From Octopus sinensis (Eukaryota), in assembly GCF_006345805.1 (NCBI RefSeq), contig NC_042998.1, positions 72,850,001 to 72,914,000 on the forward strand: a stretch of DNA of 64,000 nucleotides, read 5' to 3'. The translations under genes and the position numbers were made by a program. Under the pieces are notes generated by a model. It did no database searches. It was not told where the DNA came from and saw only the letters and a program-made list of their open reading frames with translations. Below are positions 23,790 through 38,215 of the stretch, one piece after another (the first letter of the stretch is position 1; every line of letters starts with the position of its first letter).

Positions 23790-24110
23790 GCAGAACTTTG
23801 GTGGGACTGATTAAAAGCAGGAACACTTAAAAAGGGAAGTGAGAGCAGTATAGTTGCAGTGCAAGATGACTCTTTGACCACAAATTCGTGGCTTATCCTT
23901 AGAACTGTGCAAATATCTTTATTGCCGAATTTGTACTAGATATGACGAAATCAATGAGAATGACTGCCGTCTACTTGCTTAAAGCCAACACAGGATGTGG
24001 TAGCAACATGATATGGTAGCGAAAATGTTGCTTTGGAAACTGTGTGAAAAATGGCAAGACTGTTACGAATACAAATCCCAGAAAATGGTGTCAGAGACAA
24101 GTCCTGTGAC
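23790..24110 (+). mobile_element. R4/Dong-like C-terminal fragment (pre-RLE, zinc-knuckle region)
   Basis: WD*LKAGTLKKGSESSIVAVQDDSLTTN and QHDMVAKMLLWKLCEKW. Confidence 0.65.
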
Positions 24111-25204
24111 ATTTCCCAATCCAAGTGCACTAGGTGCCTTAAGGGGATTCAAATCACCATACAAGTAATACTGACTCTAGTGTCATATAAAGTTGTGCCG
24201 TACCCTGATTAGTTCTGTTTCCGTAGCCACTGTATTTGCAGAATTCTGGTTTTCTCTTCCACATAGAAGAGAACTAACGACACCAACCAGCACACGTCGA
24301 TTTCTGATATATTGTCCAATTATTTTAATTTTTTAGACACTTCAGCCAAAGTAAACTGGTATGAGCACCATTTCTTAAATGTTCAGCATCGTCGTCGTAT
24401 GTTTTTATCGCACCTTCTTTCGTAAAGTATCTTACCTCTACCATATCACACTCTCTCACTGGCGAAGTAACTTTTGATATTGCTTACTGGAATTAGTCAT
24501 TTTCTTTCCTTTTTGTGTCGCCTTTTTAATTCCTTAGTTTTCGAATTAAGTGTTTTATAATTCCCCGTTTTTGATTTTGTCTCCTGTTGGACGGAGAACA
24601 GGATTTTGAAATTTATGTGTTTTCATTGCTTCGTCATCATGTGTTTTACCTGGTTTAATTGATCACTCGGGATGGTGATTTCGGAGAAAAACATTAGGGA
24701 AGATCTTTCTTCTGATGGTGGTGGCGGAGGTGGAATATGTTGGCATATGTTGGTCGGACATTTTAAAATTTTAAGGCTATACTCACATTTGTGTTTCCGT
24801 AGAGGTTCTTTCTCGTTTGCCTTGATGTTGCTGTTGTTAATTTGTTGTTGTTATTGTTGTCGTTTCGAACGACACTGGCTGTGTAGTAATGCTGGTGCTG
24901 GTGCTGTTAGTGTTGGTTTTAGCCAATAATGGGGACGTTTTATCAATTTGTTTTTTTATCTTGTTGTTTGTTGAAGAATTCGACGCTATCATTTCTTTCA
25001 AATATGGTCAATTTGAAAATGAAAAGCAATTTCAGACCACGAAGGGCTGAATTTGAAAGAAGCAAACGTCACAAAAATTTATTAGATAGCTTATAAAAGT
25101 ACGGTACAACACATTACACGTATAAACATTTGAATAAACGTTGGGATAACGAATTTTTTCAAACTTTGCAGAGCTTTCAACCATTAATCTTCTTTCACGG
25201 CCAT

Positions 25205-25254
<50 letters not shown>

Positions 25255-25425
25255 GAAGAAGAAGAAGAAGAGAAGAAGAAGAAGAAGAGAATAGGAAGAA
25301 GAAGAAAAAGAAGAAGAAGAAGAAGAAGAAGAAGAAGAAGAAGAGAAGAAGAAGAAGAAGAAGAAAAGAAGAAGAAGAAGAAGAAGAAGAAGAAGAAGAA
25401 GAAGAATAGGAAGAAGAAGAAGAAT
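25205..25425 (+). repeat. (TAA)n followed by a long (GAA)n polypurine tract
   Basis: Direct reading. Confidence 0.97.
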
Positions 25426-26864
25426 TATAATACCCTCTCTTTAACCTCAACATACGCATCAAACCTATATCAGGAGGACCAACATATACCTTCCACCAAA
25501 CTAAACTACCCGCAGAGCCTGAGATCAAATCAATTCACACCCAGGATACAAAAGATCTAGGATTTTCAACACATCTCGGACATTATATTCCGGTAGATAA
25601 AATTCTGTAAATTCTCTGGATTTTCCAGTGTAAACTTAGGACAGGTTTTCGTAGACCTATGATGCCTGATAGTGTCTAACTTTTTAACAGACAAATCTAA
25701 CAACTTGTATCGAGAAGCTAAAGATAGATACGCAGTTACTAAACAACAGCATTGCAGACAAGCCTTTTATAATGATAACCATGTAGGTAATCGATGTGAG
25801 GACAAGACACTAGCAAAAATATGTCTTTATAACAATCAAAGGTTTAAACCAAATTTGCCTCTAAACCAAATGTCAACTGTTCCACCCAGGATATCAACCT
25901 GGTAAGCGCATGGCTGATAAGTAGGATAAAAAAATGACGCTAGAAAAGATTCCGACCTTACAATTTGAGGCGATACTAGCGAGGTCATCAGAGGGTTTGC
26001 ATGTGTAGCGGCAGGTGCAGGTCAAGGCCTATCAGAGGGCAATGGATTTTGCTAGGACCCCGACTAACGATAGAAATGAGGGTATAAGCATTATCATGCA
26101 TCCAGAAAAGCCTTGATTTTCAGAAACAGGCTGCCTTGCACCAAGGGTCCTGACAAAGAGAGCTCCATTTATTTAACGAAAGGGGTGTCTTTACCAGTGT
26201 GAAATGTGTAAGCTTAATGGGTTTTCATTTCGAACCTACTCGATAAGAAATTCCCCTCGACTAACTTTTGCCATTAAAGAGATCATAATTAGGCAATATT
26301 GAGAGAGATAAATGATAACATAGTCGATACGTTTTGCAAAGATCTAACAAATAACCTGACTTTTCGTGACGACAAGGTCTCAATAATAAACAACCTTAAA
26401 ATATCCATTTCCATGTCCTGACAATAAACTTAGAAACTTGTGCTCAAAGTTTCCAAGATCTCTTAGGAGTCAAATTAAAAAACGGACCTACTTTAATGCA
26501 GCTTTCGGCCACTTCATTACAGTGTTTAGCAGAAGAAACTCCAACCTGTCTTTGGGTAAAGATTTTTGATACTGCTACCCAATTATACAATGAAACACTA
26601 CACGCCAGTTGTTTTAATTCTATGGACAGCTACACAAGGGGCTCTAAACCGACTAAGAGAAAATACCAACCTTTCTCCGTGTGTAAGTAGCATTTTATCA
26701 TAAACATTTTCCCCGGATGAACAACTTCCCTAACATATTTATTTTACATACTCAAAGAGTTTGTTGTAGCTGCGCACCCTGCACAATGAATATGATTGTA
26801 GATAGCCTCTCACGTGAATCAGTGTTGATATAGAGGCAGCGTCATATGTCATTGTACTAAATAG

Positions 26865-27520
26865 AAAATTTATTCAATAAAATTACCATTACCGCATTCT
26901 TCAGACAACTTCGGAATCTCCTGCAAATCCTCTGGACGGTCTCCTTGTTTAACATGGTGAACGCTAACATAATCTTTGCTTTCAGTTCATCTTTGGTGTT
27001 ACAAGGAGTTTTGTTGGTCTCCGGCTCAACTGCGCCCCACACATAATAATCAAGGGGCTTGCAGTCTGGGGAGTTTGGTAGACAGATGTTAGGGGTAATA
27101 TGGTTACAAAGATTGCCTGACAGCGATTACAGTGTTCTCCTACTTGTGTGTGTTACACGGTGCAAAGTTCTGTTGCCACACATATGGTCTTCCAGCAGCC
27201 ACCCTCTTTGATTCAAGGCAGCACTACATACTCCAGGTATTTGATGCTGGCCTCCGTGTTGAGGGAGAAGATAAATGGAGACATAACCTCGCCACCACTA
27301 GTGATCACTCCAAACACTATGATGTTGACTGGATGTTTGACTTTTATAACTCTCGGTACATGTCCTCAGATTGACATCCAAGCACTCTTACATTTTCGTA
27401 TTGGAGCTTCTGGTGTGAATGCCAAGCAGTACAACATGTCATTTCCAAATTTCTGGCAGAGTAAATTGCGTCGTCGTGTTCTTTTCTCACAGACGGTGCC
27501 CAACAGACCCTACTATAGTG
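26865..27520 (-). mobile_element. Partial Tc1/mariner (DD37D-like) transposase remnant
   Basis: VPRVIKVKHPVNIIVFGVITSGGEVMSPFIF, PNSPDCKPLDYYVWGAVE and ETNKTPCNTKDELKA; homologous to 5.2-6.4 kb. Confidence 0.85.
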
Positions 27521-27892
27521 TGTAGTCAACAAAATCAAGAAGAAAAAATACGCATGAGCGAAATTAAAATATAAAATAGAGAAATTTTAACCATCGTAAC
27601 ATGTATATATCTACTCTCTCTCTCTCTTTCTTTATCTCTCTCTCTTTAGCTTTCTATCTCTCTTTATCTCTCTCTCTCTCTCTCTGTACATATGTATATA
27701 TATATATATACTACAAGCATTATTCGTTTCCTTTATCACATCACAAACTATCTATATTGTTTTCAAACTTACTACTTACTAATATCTTCTTCCTCCTTCA
27801 CCCCCGACCATTCTTTTTCTTCTTCTCCTCTTGCCACTTCTCTTTCTTTTTCTCATTATCCTTAATATAATTGTTGTTGTTGCTGTTTTTGC

Positions 27893-27931
<39 letters not shown>

Positions 27932-28293
27932 ACGTATTCTTCTATTTTCCTATTAGATTAGTTGTTCTCTTGACATTTTCATATATATTATTACATGCAT
28001 TCATTTTGTTATTAAATCAATCGCCGCCAACAGCAGCAGTTTTACATTCACATTGTTCCAGCGATCAAGTCTTTGAATTTAATGTAATTCTCCCTGGTGA
28101 TTTCCTTTGCATTTGCTTCTGAATGTCTCTGCTTCTCTTTCACTATATTTCACCCCTCTTGTGTTCTTTTTTTTTGTATTTTCTTATAGCTCCCATATAG
28201 TAATTTAGTAAACACACACACAAACACAGAAAAACAACTAACAGAACTATATATATACGTACATAAATACACACACACACACACCCACACACG

Positions 28294-28374
<81 letters not shown>

Positions 28375-28593
28375 GTATATGTGTATATATGCATGTATGT
28401 GTATGTTCATATATTCGTGTATATGCATATATGTACATATATACATATGTATATGTCTATATGTTTTTATATACGTCTAAATTTTGGTGTATATATATTT
28501 ATATATATACACAAAATACATATATATATTTATACATATATTTTCTTCTGCCCTTATCTTGTAAATTATTTATATATAGGTATATGTTTATCA

Positions 28594-28624
<31 letters not shown>

Positions 28625-30052
28625 CGTGTATGTGTGTGTGTGTGCGCGCGCGCATTTATGTGTCTAAAATACCTCTTTGAAGATTTAATGTTGTGTTGCA
28701 TATTATTTCGTTTTAAGAAGCAAAAGAACATGCCTGCAATTTAATAAATATTACAGTCTTACAGATGAATATCACTTGAGAAAAAAGCAGTTACAATCTT
28801 TTACATTATGTACGTATCAAATACAGATATATAAAAGAAAGAGCTTAGACCATGAAATACTTTATGAAGAAAAATAAATGATTCCATATATTATTTTCCC
28901 CCTTTTTCAGCTGTAATTTTCTTTCAAACACTTCAGCACGTTTCCTTTCGCTTATCACATACGTAGATGTTATGGCCCGGAATATTTTGGCGATCGAAAT
29001 GCTTTATACTGTTTTATTATTTAAAAAAAAATACTACTCAAATAATCAATGTTATTGATAGGGTTTCACTTCACGATTGAAGCTGCTGAGTTATTTGTCA
29101 TTCGCCCAGCTTACACGAGAACACCTTTTCTCTTGCTCTAAACTATGCAGTCATTTTTACATATTGAAAACAAAAAATAATATATATTTTGTGAATTTCA
29201 CCTTTGCTTGTCCAGTGTTCACTCTCGACTATTTTGCTTATTACATACGCAGATAAAGTATCTATACGTATTGTAATGTGTTTCAATGAATTATTCCGTT
29301 TTAATTTTTTTCCAATGATTTTCTATCTTCGTTTTATTTTTATATTTACAATTTATATTTTTACGTATCATAATTGCAGGTGGTACTGTGTACTATTAAC
29401 CCATTGACTGTCATGAGACCCATTTGGGGATCTGCTAAAAACAGTCTCACTACCGGTTGTTCATTGTATTTAAAGTGAATTGCTTATGTATATTGCATAT
29501 GCAGAAGTGTGCTTAACAATATTTAGTAGTTGAAGTTAATCATTATTAGATCTCGTTAATTCTAGAGGACATTTTATACTATGAATCGCAATTTTTGAAC
29601 TACAAAAATATTGACTGTTTGAAAACGTTTGTTTTTGTTTTTGTTTTTCTTTCATTTCCCATCTATATCATTCATTGATATTTCATACACATTCGCTTTT
29701 GGTACTATAGTTTTAAAGAAAACTAACATGTTTATTATTGCAATCGAATAGAAGAGGATAAATATGCCTTTATTCTATGATCACTATTTGGGGCTTTTCC
29801 AAAAAAATTATCATAATTTCCAAAATAATTCACATATGAAGAAAATTTAAATACTATATATTATTTTAAATCCTAAAACACTTGTCAAAGCCCAAAAAAT
29901 ATTAATAAAACGCAAATGGCAGTCAATGCGCTAAATTTTGAAAGAAACGTCTATGGATCTTATTTGATTTCTGAAACTAAGTTATGACAGTTATACCTTC
30001 GACATCCCAACATAACCGCATCTTTGAAGATGAACTAGTTAAATGATCAAAG

Positions 30053-30093
<41 letters not shown>

Positions 30094-30108
30094 TTATTAT
30101 ATAGAAGG

Positions 30109-30157
30109 AGCTTCTAAGGACTAGAAAGTTTCATTCAAGAGAAATCTTCAGGAAGCT
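30109..30157 (-). ncRNA. Hammerhead-like motif (left-arm copy, helix III disrupted)
   Basis: AGCUUC-CUGAAGA-UUUC UCUU GAAU-GAAAC-UUUCUAGUCC-UUA-GAAGCU. Confidence 0.5.
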
Positions 30158-30302
30158 AGTTAACAAGAATTGTATTGGCATTTATACATTTAGGCAGGTT
30201 TAAAGGGGTGTTGGTGGGGACTTTTTTGGGGGTAGGCATAGCGCAAAAAAATCATACTTGGGGGAGTGGTCAAGGAGTCAGTGTAAAATTAGATAGGAGA
30301 AT

Positions 30303-30336
<34 letters not shown>

Positions 30337-31534
30337 AAATAAAAAATAAAAAATAGAAAATAAAAAATATAAAAAAATATAATATAAAAAAATAAAAAAT
30401 AAAAAATAATAAAAATAAAAATAAAAAATATAAAAATATATATATATATATATATAATATATATAATATAAAGGGGGGAATAGAGTTTTAGGTAAATAAG
30501 GAGATTCTCACTTATACCTCTACACATACACACATATATACACTCACACATATACATATCTACACATACACATATATATGTATACATACACACACTCACT
30601 TGCATACACGTATACACACATGTATATATACACACACGACCACACATACATATACACACAGAAAAATATATATATACACATACACACACATACTCACATA
30701 CACGCATACACACACAAATCCATACACACACATGCACACACAGCACACAAGTCCTATATACACATATATACACATACACCATATATATATACACCCACAC
30801 ATACACATACATACACATATACATACATACATACACATACATATACACAAATATATATACATACACATATATATATATACACATATATATACATATGTGT
30901 ACCCATGCATACCTACACATACACACATATATATATACATATCAAATACAGACCATCCCTAATTTTAATTTTATTATCTTCGTTTATTACTTTTGTTATC
31001 TGTGACCAAGCGGCCAAAGATAACAAAAGTAATAAACGAAGATAATAAAATTAAAATTAGGGAATGGGTCTGTATTTGTATATGTATATATATATGTGTG
31101 TATGTGTAGGTATGCATGGGTACACATATGTATATATATGTGTATATATATATATGTGTATGTATATATATGTGTATATGTATGTGTATGTATGTATGTA
31201 TATGTGTATGTATGTGTATGTGTGGGTGTATATATATGTGTGTATGTGTATATATGTGTATATAGGGACTTTGTGTGTGCTGTGTGTGCATGTGTGTGTA
31301 TGCGTGTATGTGAGTATGTGTGATGTGTATATATATATTTTTCTGTGTGTATATGTATGTGTGGTCGTGTGTGTATATATACATGTGTGTATACGTGTAT
31401 GCAAGTGAGTGTGTGTGTATGTATACATATATATGTGTATGTGTAGATATGTATATGTATGTGTGAGTGTATATGTGTGTATGTGTAGAGGTATAAGTGA
31501 GAATCTCCTTATTTACCTAAAACTCTATTCCCCC

Positions 31535-31592
<58 letters not shown>

Positions 31593-31674
31593 ATATTTTT
31601 TTATTTTTATTTTTATTATTTTTTTATTTTTTTATTTTTTTATTATTATTTTTTTTATATTTTTTTATTTTCTA

Positions 31675-31706
<32 letters not shown>

Positions 31707-31865
31707 ATTTTTTATTTTATATTCTCCTATCTAATTTTACACTGACTCCTTGACCACTCCCCCAAGTATGATTTTTTGCGCTATGCCTACCCCCAAAAAA
31801 GTCCCCCACCAACACCCCTTTAAACCTGCCTAAATGTATAAATGCCAATACAATTCTTGTTAACT

Positions 31866-31914
31866 AGCTTCCTGAAGATTTCTCTTGAATGAAAAGTTCT
31901 AGTCTGTAGAAGCT
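31866..31914 (+). ncRNA. Type I hammerhead-like motif, canonical core
   Basis: AGCUUC-CUGAAGA-UUUC UCUU GAAU-GAAA-AG UUCUAGU CU-GUA-GAAGCU: perfect 6-bp helix I and a GUA triplet. Confidence 0.6.
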
Positions 31915-32012
31915 CCTTCTATATAATAAATAATTTTACTCTGCTATGTTATGAGTACCTTATTTACTGTGGTTAACCCCGAATCAACCCGGGACCTACA
32001 TATATATATATT

Positions 32013-32044
<32 letters not shown>

Positions 32045-32063
32045 ATATGTGTGGTGTGTGTGG

Positions 32064-32094
<31 letters not shown>

Positions 32095-34039
32095 TGTTTG
32101 TGCATAACATTAATAGTAGGACGTTTTCTATACATATTGAAATTACTATCTAAGAATGGGCCCTTCGCATTCATCTGTTGCTAATTGGAATATTTGTTCT
32201 AATAACTCACCTTGTTACCATTAAAAAATAGTATCATTTGATTTACATACCATATTACTTTTAACGCATTCAGCAATTTTATCATACACAATCACCGTTA
32301 AATGCCCAAACACTTATAACACGTAAGTAGGGATAACACACCCGGTCAATTGTAACACGTACGGTTAGCTTTATACTGAATCTTAGAAAGTTTTGAAAGA
32401 CTGTTAGTTCGCTTTCCTCAGGTTAATAAATGAAATTGTGATAAAATGGTAAAATAGTTAAAAGTAGAGAAATTTAGTAGAGAGAGATTGGTTGCGTAAG
32501 ACACCAGGTAAGGTGTTAAAATTGGAAACTGGCAAAAATGAGGGTGGTATGAAGAAAATATAATGAGAGTATTTATATTAAATTTGCTTTAATTATCCCG
32601 ATAATTTGGTAAATTTTCTAACAGTGTATACGAATCGCCGGGCACAGTTAGAATATGTCACTATAAGATCTGCATAGATTCGATATCTGCGCACCTCTCC
32701 TAGGAAAATTGCTATTATTTTGAAATGAGTCACCTAAAATAAGTTACTTTAACTGCCGTTGAAATTCTTTTGAAGAGAGCTAGGTGACAAATATCACCAC
32801 ATCTATTGAAGTCTGAGGATTTAGATTGATATAAGTTAATTAAAAGTAGAGTATTTATCTAAAGTAGCAACAAGCTGATTTGCTTAATAACTTAAGTGAT
32901 TTACACTTTCTCTAGCGTAAAGAATTCTTTCAAGTCATTTCCGCTCACTACACAATTTATTAGTAGTTGCCTTTATTTTCAATTTATTAATTCGTATATA
33001 GACTATAAAACAATGTCTTTGAAGAGATCATCATGTATATGAAGACCAGTAACGCTATTAGATTTTAATTAATATATTGTAAGATTGGGTTTGATTATTC
33101 AATATTTTCCTCGGCCTAATTCACTGGCTTAGTTCAAAGAACATTGAACCGATTATGAGGAATAAGGAACGAGAGTAAAATAGTTGTTAGAATTCTCTCA
33201 CAGAACATCCGATTCTGACAAATGAAATAATACTGATGTTTACTGAAATGAAGATGTTAAAGTTATTACATTGGTACTGATGATTTAGCTAAGTTAATGG
33301 TTCATTGCATATGATCACTCTTTTGATACAACTTAATGGTTTCTGTGATCATTTAATCGTAAAATTCTTGGATCAAAGATACGTCAAAACTTATGAATAG
33401 TGCAATGGCCTGGTAGGTCAATATTCAATTGTTTTATTGCTCCTGATATTACTATGCTGAGACAGAGTAATATCAGTATACAAGAGTTGATTTTACCTCG
33501 TGTCCATAACATTTATATAATATTGCTTTCGTATAATTACTAACAGTAATATTTGCAGCGGATTATCTTGGATCTGATAAAAACATTCAGAATATCATTG
33601 ATCTATAGCTTATAAATCTCAGGAAATTAAAAAACGAAACTATTTTTTACTATATGAAGAAACGTGCATATTCATTCTTACTACCTTTCAGCTGAACATG
33701 AATTAGCTAATAGTTGGTGTGTTCTGTCTCGGAAAAAAATCATTTTTTAGAAAATATATGTCTTCATTTGATTGACTAATGTGAGGAAATCCTGAAACAC
33801 TACAGTGATTGGATTCAGCTGTCTCTTCAGGCAAAGGAACCTAAGATTAATGAGTCTAAACAGAAATTTTGGTTCATGTTTACGAAATTAAACAAACAAC
33901 TCATTGCTGCTGCAAAAAATTGCCACGTTTATGATTAGCAGGCTCAACCCAAAACATTGTGCATATTCATTCCTGATACGATTTTGGTAACCCCCAAAAC
34001 ACCGAAGCAATCATACAACCCCCCCTTACTGTCCACAGA

Positions 34040-34225
34040 CACAAAAATGAATAATATTATCAATACACATAAAATCCTTAAATGCAAAAGGCAACATAAA
34101 TCTTTGAAAAAACTCTTTACAGACGCCAAACTTCACACACCACATCCACCCCCATCAGTTAAAAAATGTGCATGCCCTAACTCTGGTACCTGCCTCTTCT
34201 TACTTGAAGGCTGTGTATTTGAAAA
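34040..34225 (+). mobile_element. PLE (Neptune-like) RT-EN linker fragment
   Basis: KILKCKRQHKSLKKLFTDAKL...VKKCACPNSGTCLFLLEG (Cys-rich linker preceding GIY-YIG in Neptune-type PLEs). Confidence 0.55.
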
Positions 34226-34426
34226 AATCATTGTAAATTTCTTTTTCCTCTTCTTCAATTTAAAAATAATTTTGTTCCCCTTCCAATCTTGAAATTTTGC
34301 CTTGCAATCAAAACCGATTTGATTTTTTTTTCTTTTTTAATTTTTCATATACCCATTTTTATTAAAATTTACTTTCAATTTAGCATTCTGCCTTACGTGC
34401 GATTAACACCCCCCACCATTTACTGA

Positions 34427-34473
<47 letters not shown>

Positions 34474-35266
34474 ATAATAATAAAGGGTAAGATTAATTAA
34501 TTAATTGATAATTAATAATTTTACCAAGTAGTTAGGCATGTTAAAAGAAAAATTATCGGTAAAATTAAAATTTTTTTATAATTATAAGTATAATTATAAT
34601 AAGGGTTCAGCAAAAACAATTGCCTCACCACATACCGAAATTTAGAAATACCAGCTAAAACTAGCTATTTCTCTACCATAAGAAAATCTCCCAGACAACA
34701 ATACCCAACACCCCACGTAGGCAAGGGGAAAAAAATAACGAATTCACAGTTAAACAGATGTGGAAAATACAAAAACTACATTTCCACTTTATCATTCTCG
34801 CTCTTCAGTACAGTATTTCAAGATTTTTAATTTGAGAGTACTTAAAACATTTGAACATACCTTATCTGACCAAGCGACATCAGACAACCTACATCCAATG
34901 ATAAATTATAAAAAATTGTATGTATATATATAAGAATAAAATGTTTCGAATGGTACAACAATGGGCTATATACCTTTTGTAATTTAACCATCCATAGTCT
35001 GATAATATTTCATAATAAAATTCCTTCCTTAGATATCCCTAGGAATTGATGGACTCGCTGATATAATCTGTTTTCTAACGGCTTTTCTTTTTTCCTGAAG
35101 CGTCTCAGCAGAGGTGTCATGAAGGTCCTTTCGAAATTCCTCATGAGAAGTGCGTGAGGTCGGCCATAACTCAATCTTGTGTGTGCTGGCACATCTGTAG
35201 CGCTGCTTCTTAGTTATGTATTATACTTGCAGCTTCCTTTTTCCCTTCTTTTTCCTGCTTTTTTTG

Positions 35267-36445
35267 TTATAAATGATACATGAGCATGTTATCAATAATG
35301 AACCGAGACGCATCCAGATTACCAACCTCTTGCCTGTTGTTAGTTTGGGGCCCTAGTCTGTGTATGAGTATAGCTTCCTTAATTCTTAAATTACCCAAAT
35401 TGTTTTCAGTGACCTCACTTGTGACTGTTATGCTTTTGTCCGTGTTCCGGGATTTGTCTAGATGTTTTCTGAAAGAGGAGGATATCGTGTTCAGATATTC
35501 TTTGATGCGGACGTGTAACGGTCTTGTTGTGCTACCCACATAGAACTTGTTGCATTTGTTACCTTGTATTCTATACAAAACATTTACCCGTTGGCATAAA
35601 TCTGTGTCACGGATGGGACAGTTTGTTAGTGAGCATTGATTGATGTCCTTTGTTCGTTTCTTTGCGAGATGGCTTCTCAGAGAAGGGCCGTAATGGGCTA
35701 GTTGTACGTCCAACCCTTCTCTTCTTATGGCTCTTCGGATGGCTGTAGTTATCCTCTCGCTAAAATGGTGTATTTTAAGGAAGCATGTGTTGCTGGGTTT
35801 TCTGTGTTCGACGTGTTGTCGTCTTGGGTACTGAAGCCAATTTATAATGGATCTAGGGTACCCGTTGGTTTTAAATATATCTACGAAGTGTGTAGTGTGG
35901 GTCACCTTGTCCTCCGTTCTGCTGTACTTGCCCTGGATGCATGCAAGTTCATTTCTGGCGTATCCTATTTTGGCACCGAGTGGAAGCGCTGAATTGTATT
36001 GGACAAACATATCTCTACTGGATGCTTTCCTGTAGAAATCGGTGTGAATCTCCTCGCCTTCCGTTATATTCAGTTTAAAGTCAAGTAGTGATAGTGATCC
36101 AGTGATGTCGGGATGTTCTGTAGTGAACTTTATAATCGCGTACATGTTATTGAACGTCGTGAATATTCTGTCGGCCTCTTCATAGGAGGATGTGAGTATG
36201 AGAATGTCATCTACGTACCTGGTGAAGAAGGCGCATAAGCGGCAGATGTCGAGTGCTCGACGTTCCAGATGGTTGATATAAGTGATGGCTAGTAGACCCG
36301 AAAGACCCGTTGTCAGTTTGTAAATGTCTGTTTGTAAATGGAAAGAGAGGTAGATGTTGTCCAATATGATGACCAAATGTTGATGTATATCAGCTGCGGT
36401 AAGTCCGAAGCATTGGATGTCCGACGCTATTATGCAATCAGTCAA
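35267..36445 (-). pseudogene. Penelope-like element ORF (RT + GIY-YIG endonuclease), 5'-truncated
   Basis: FFTRYVDDILIL, LSLLDFKL, TDFYRK, VLYRIQGNKCNKFYVGSTTRPLHVRIKEY and EAILIHRLGPQTN. The G.PMGS motif appears deleted in frame (TTGL^SGLLA). Confidence 0.9.
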
Positions 36446-37507
36446 CTTTTCTCAATCCTTTTAGAGATGGTTTTGAGGAACTAGTTAAGAAAGTGTTTTC
36501 TGTCGTCATTCTAGCGACAGACTCCTTTAAAAAAAGGCTTTTCTTCTTTATGCTAAATATTACAATTGTTCATATTACCATTATGTTGTAATAAATTCAT
36601 TTTATATATTTAGATTTTCTGTAAATGAGTGAATGGTGTTGAATCCAGTTCTTCTCTTGATATTTATCAGTACGAACTTTCATGGAAAATGAATTAGCCA
36701 AAGATTTATCTGCATACAACTTATGAAGTTATAGTCAAGCCTTTGTCAACGAGAGAATACAGTCAACCCAGTATGACGAAACGAAATAACATTCTTAAGA
36801 TAAACATGACTTCTTAATTTCTCTTCCACAGATATCTTCATCTTGTTATCAAAACATTTTCTTATCCTATTTGAACTGTCTTATAACTGTGATGTTAGTG
36901 AAATATCGTTATCTTAATCATACATGCTGAACTCCGTTACGAGTGTATATTACTTATAGCATTCTGTCTACGCCTCGCAACTAAATAATTGATAACCCGG
37001 TATATCACCAACATCCACCGTTTATTCTACCAAATGGGATGCTATCATACGTCATCCAAGTTTAGTTTTGTAAAAAAGTAAAAAGATTCGCAAAATTCGT
37101 GCTCAATTAAAAAAATTCTTCGATAATCAAGGAAAAACTCAAAAGCAATTTATGACGAAAATAACCAACTAACGAGATTTTGTATAGTTTTGAAGCGAAA
37201 TTCAACTGAATGCTAGGATTCTAATAGCGATTTGTTGCAGAGACTTCTAATATATGGAGAGGATAGTAATTATGTTTAATAAGAATTTAGAAATCAATAA
37301 AATCCCATTCGTATTGATTTCCTCTAATTGGAAGACTCTCGGGGCTTAAAAAAATAAATAGAATATTATGCTGTGATATCGATGCAAATACTCACAGCTT
37401 ACTGGTTCGATGGATTTTAAGTACAATAACCATGACCCACGGGGGACGTAACTTGATGCGCTCTTTCTCTTTCTGTACCTCTCTCTCTCTCTCTCTCGAT
37501 ATATATG

Positions 37508-37541
<34 letters not shown>

Positions 37542-38215
37542 AAGAAAGAGAGAGATACATACATACATACATACATACATGCGTACATACATACATGCAT
37601 ATATGCATGCATACATACATAAATACATACATACATATATGCATACATATAAACACAGTAATTTGAGCACTAGCTTTTGTTGGTAAACGCTTAAAGGAGA
37701 AACTTGATAAACTGGGATTTTAAAAAAGAGAAATCGACCGGCTAATTCATATATTCAAGTGCAATCTGTGAGTGGAAAGGTAAAAATATGTAAGACTTTT
37801 CTCAAATTCCAAAAGTGAATTAAACTATGTTAACTACATCCCGAAGATTGAGTACTATATCTGTGTTGAAAACCGGCTTCATCAGTGGAAGATTCATAAT
37901 AATCAAAACATAGAAGAGATATACATACATATATTCTTAAGAGTGGTTAAATCGACATTACGTTCAAAAGACTCCGTTAGGCGTCGGAAAGTCAACCAAG
38001 AAGCTTAGTTGCTCTAAGGTCACAAGTTGTAGTGTCATCGATATACATTGGTACCGCAGGAAAGTTGAAGAATGATAAAGGAGCTGAAGGACAAATTAAG
38101 ATAAATACGTAAACAGATTGTATTACAATGCATTGATAAATTTCCAGGTAGATATAAGCAACTAAGGGCTTCTCATCAGGATGATGGTCCTACCAACGGT
38201 CATCTCAACGAGCAG

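Larger units (their letters stand above)
30091..31932. repeat. 1.84-kb palindrome (arms 30091-31001 and 31018-31932, 16-nt spacer) including microsatellites and terminal hammerhead-bearing repeats
   Basis: Unique blocks and even the mosaic (CA/TA) tracts are mirrored. The ORF track shows the same peptide on both strands. Confidence 0.95.

Noticed and set aside
24130-25080. Possible LINE ORF1 remnant on the minus strand
   Set aside because: No diagnostic motif recovered; too decayed to support.
25440-26700. Possible L1/Tx1-like RT remnant on the minus strand
   Set aside because: Only vague similarity (IFAKRI..I...Q); no YADD or QG motif could be read.
35115-35152. CUCAUGA..GAAAGGACCUU hammerhead-like string downstream of the PLE ORF
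   Set aside because: G5 is mutated, stem II is weak and there is no helix I pairing.
37845-37890. CUGAUGAAGCCGG on the minus strand
   Set aside because: No stem II closure, GAAA or helix I partner.
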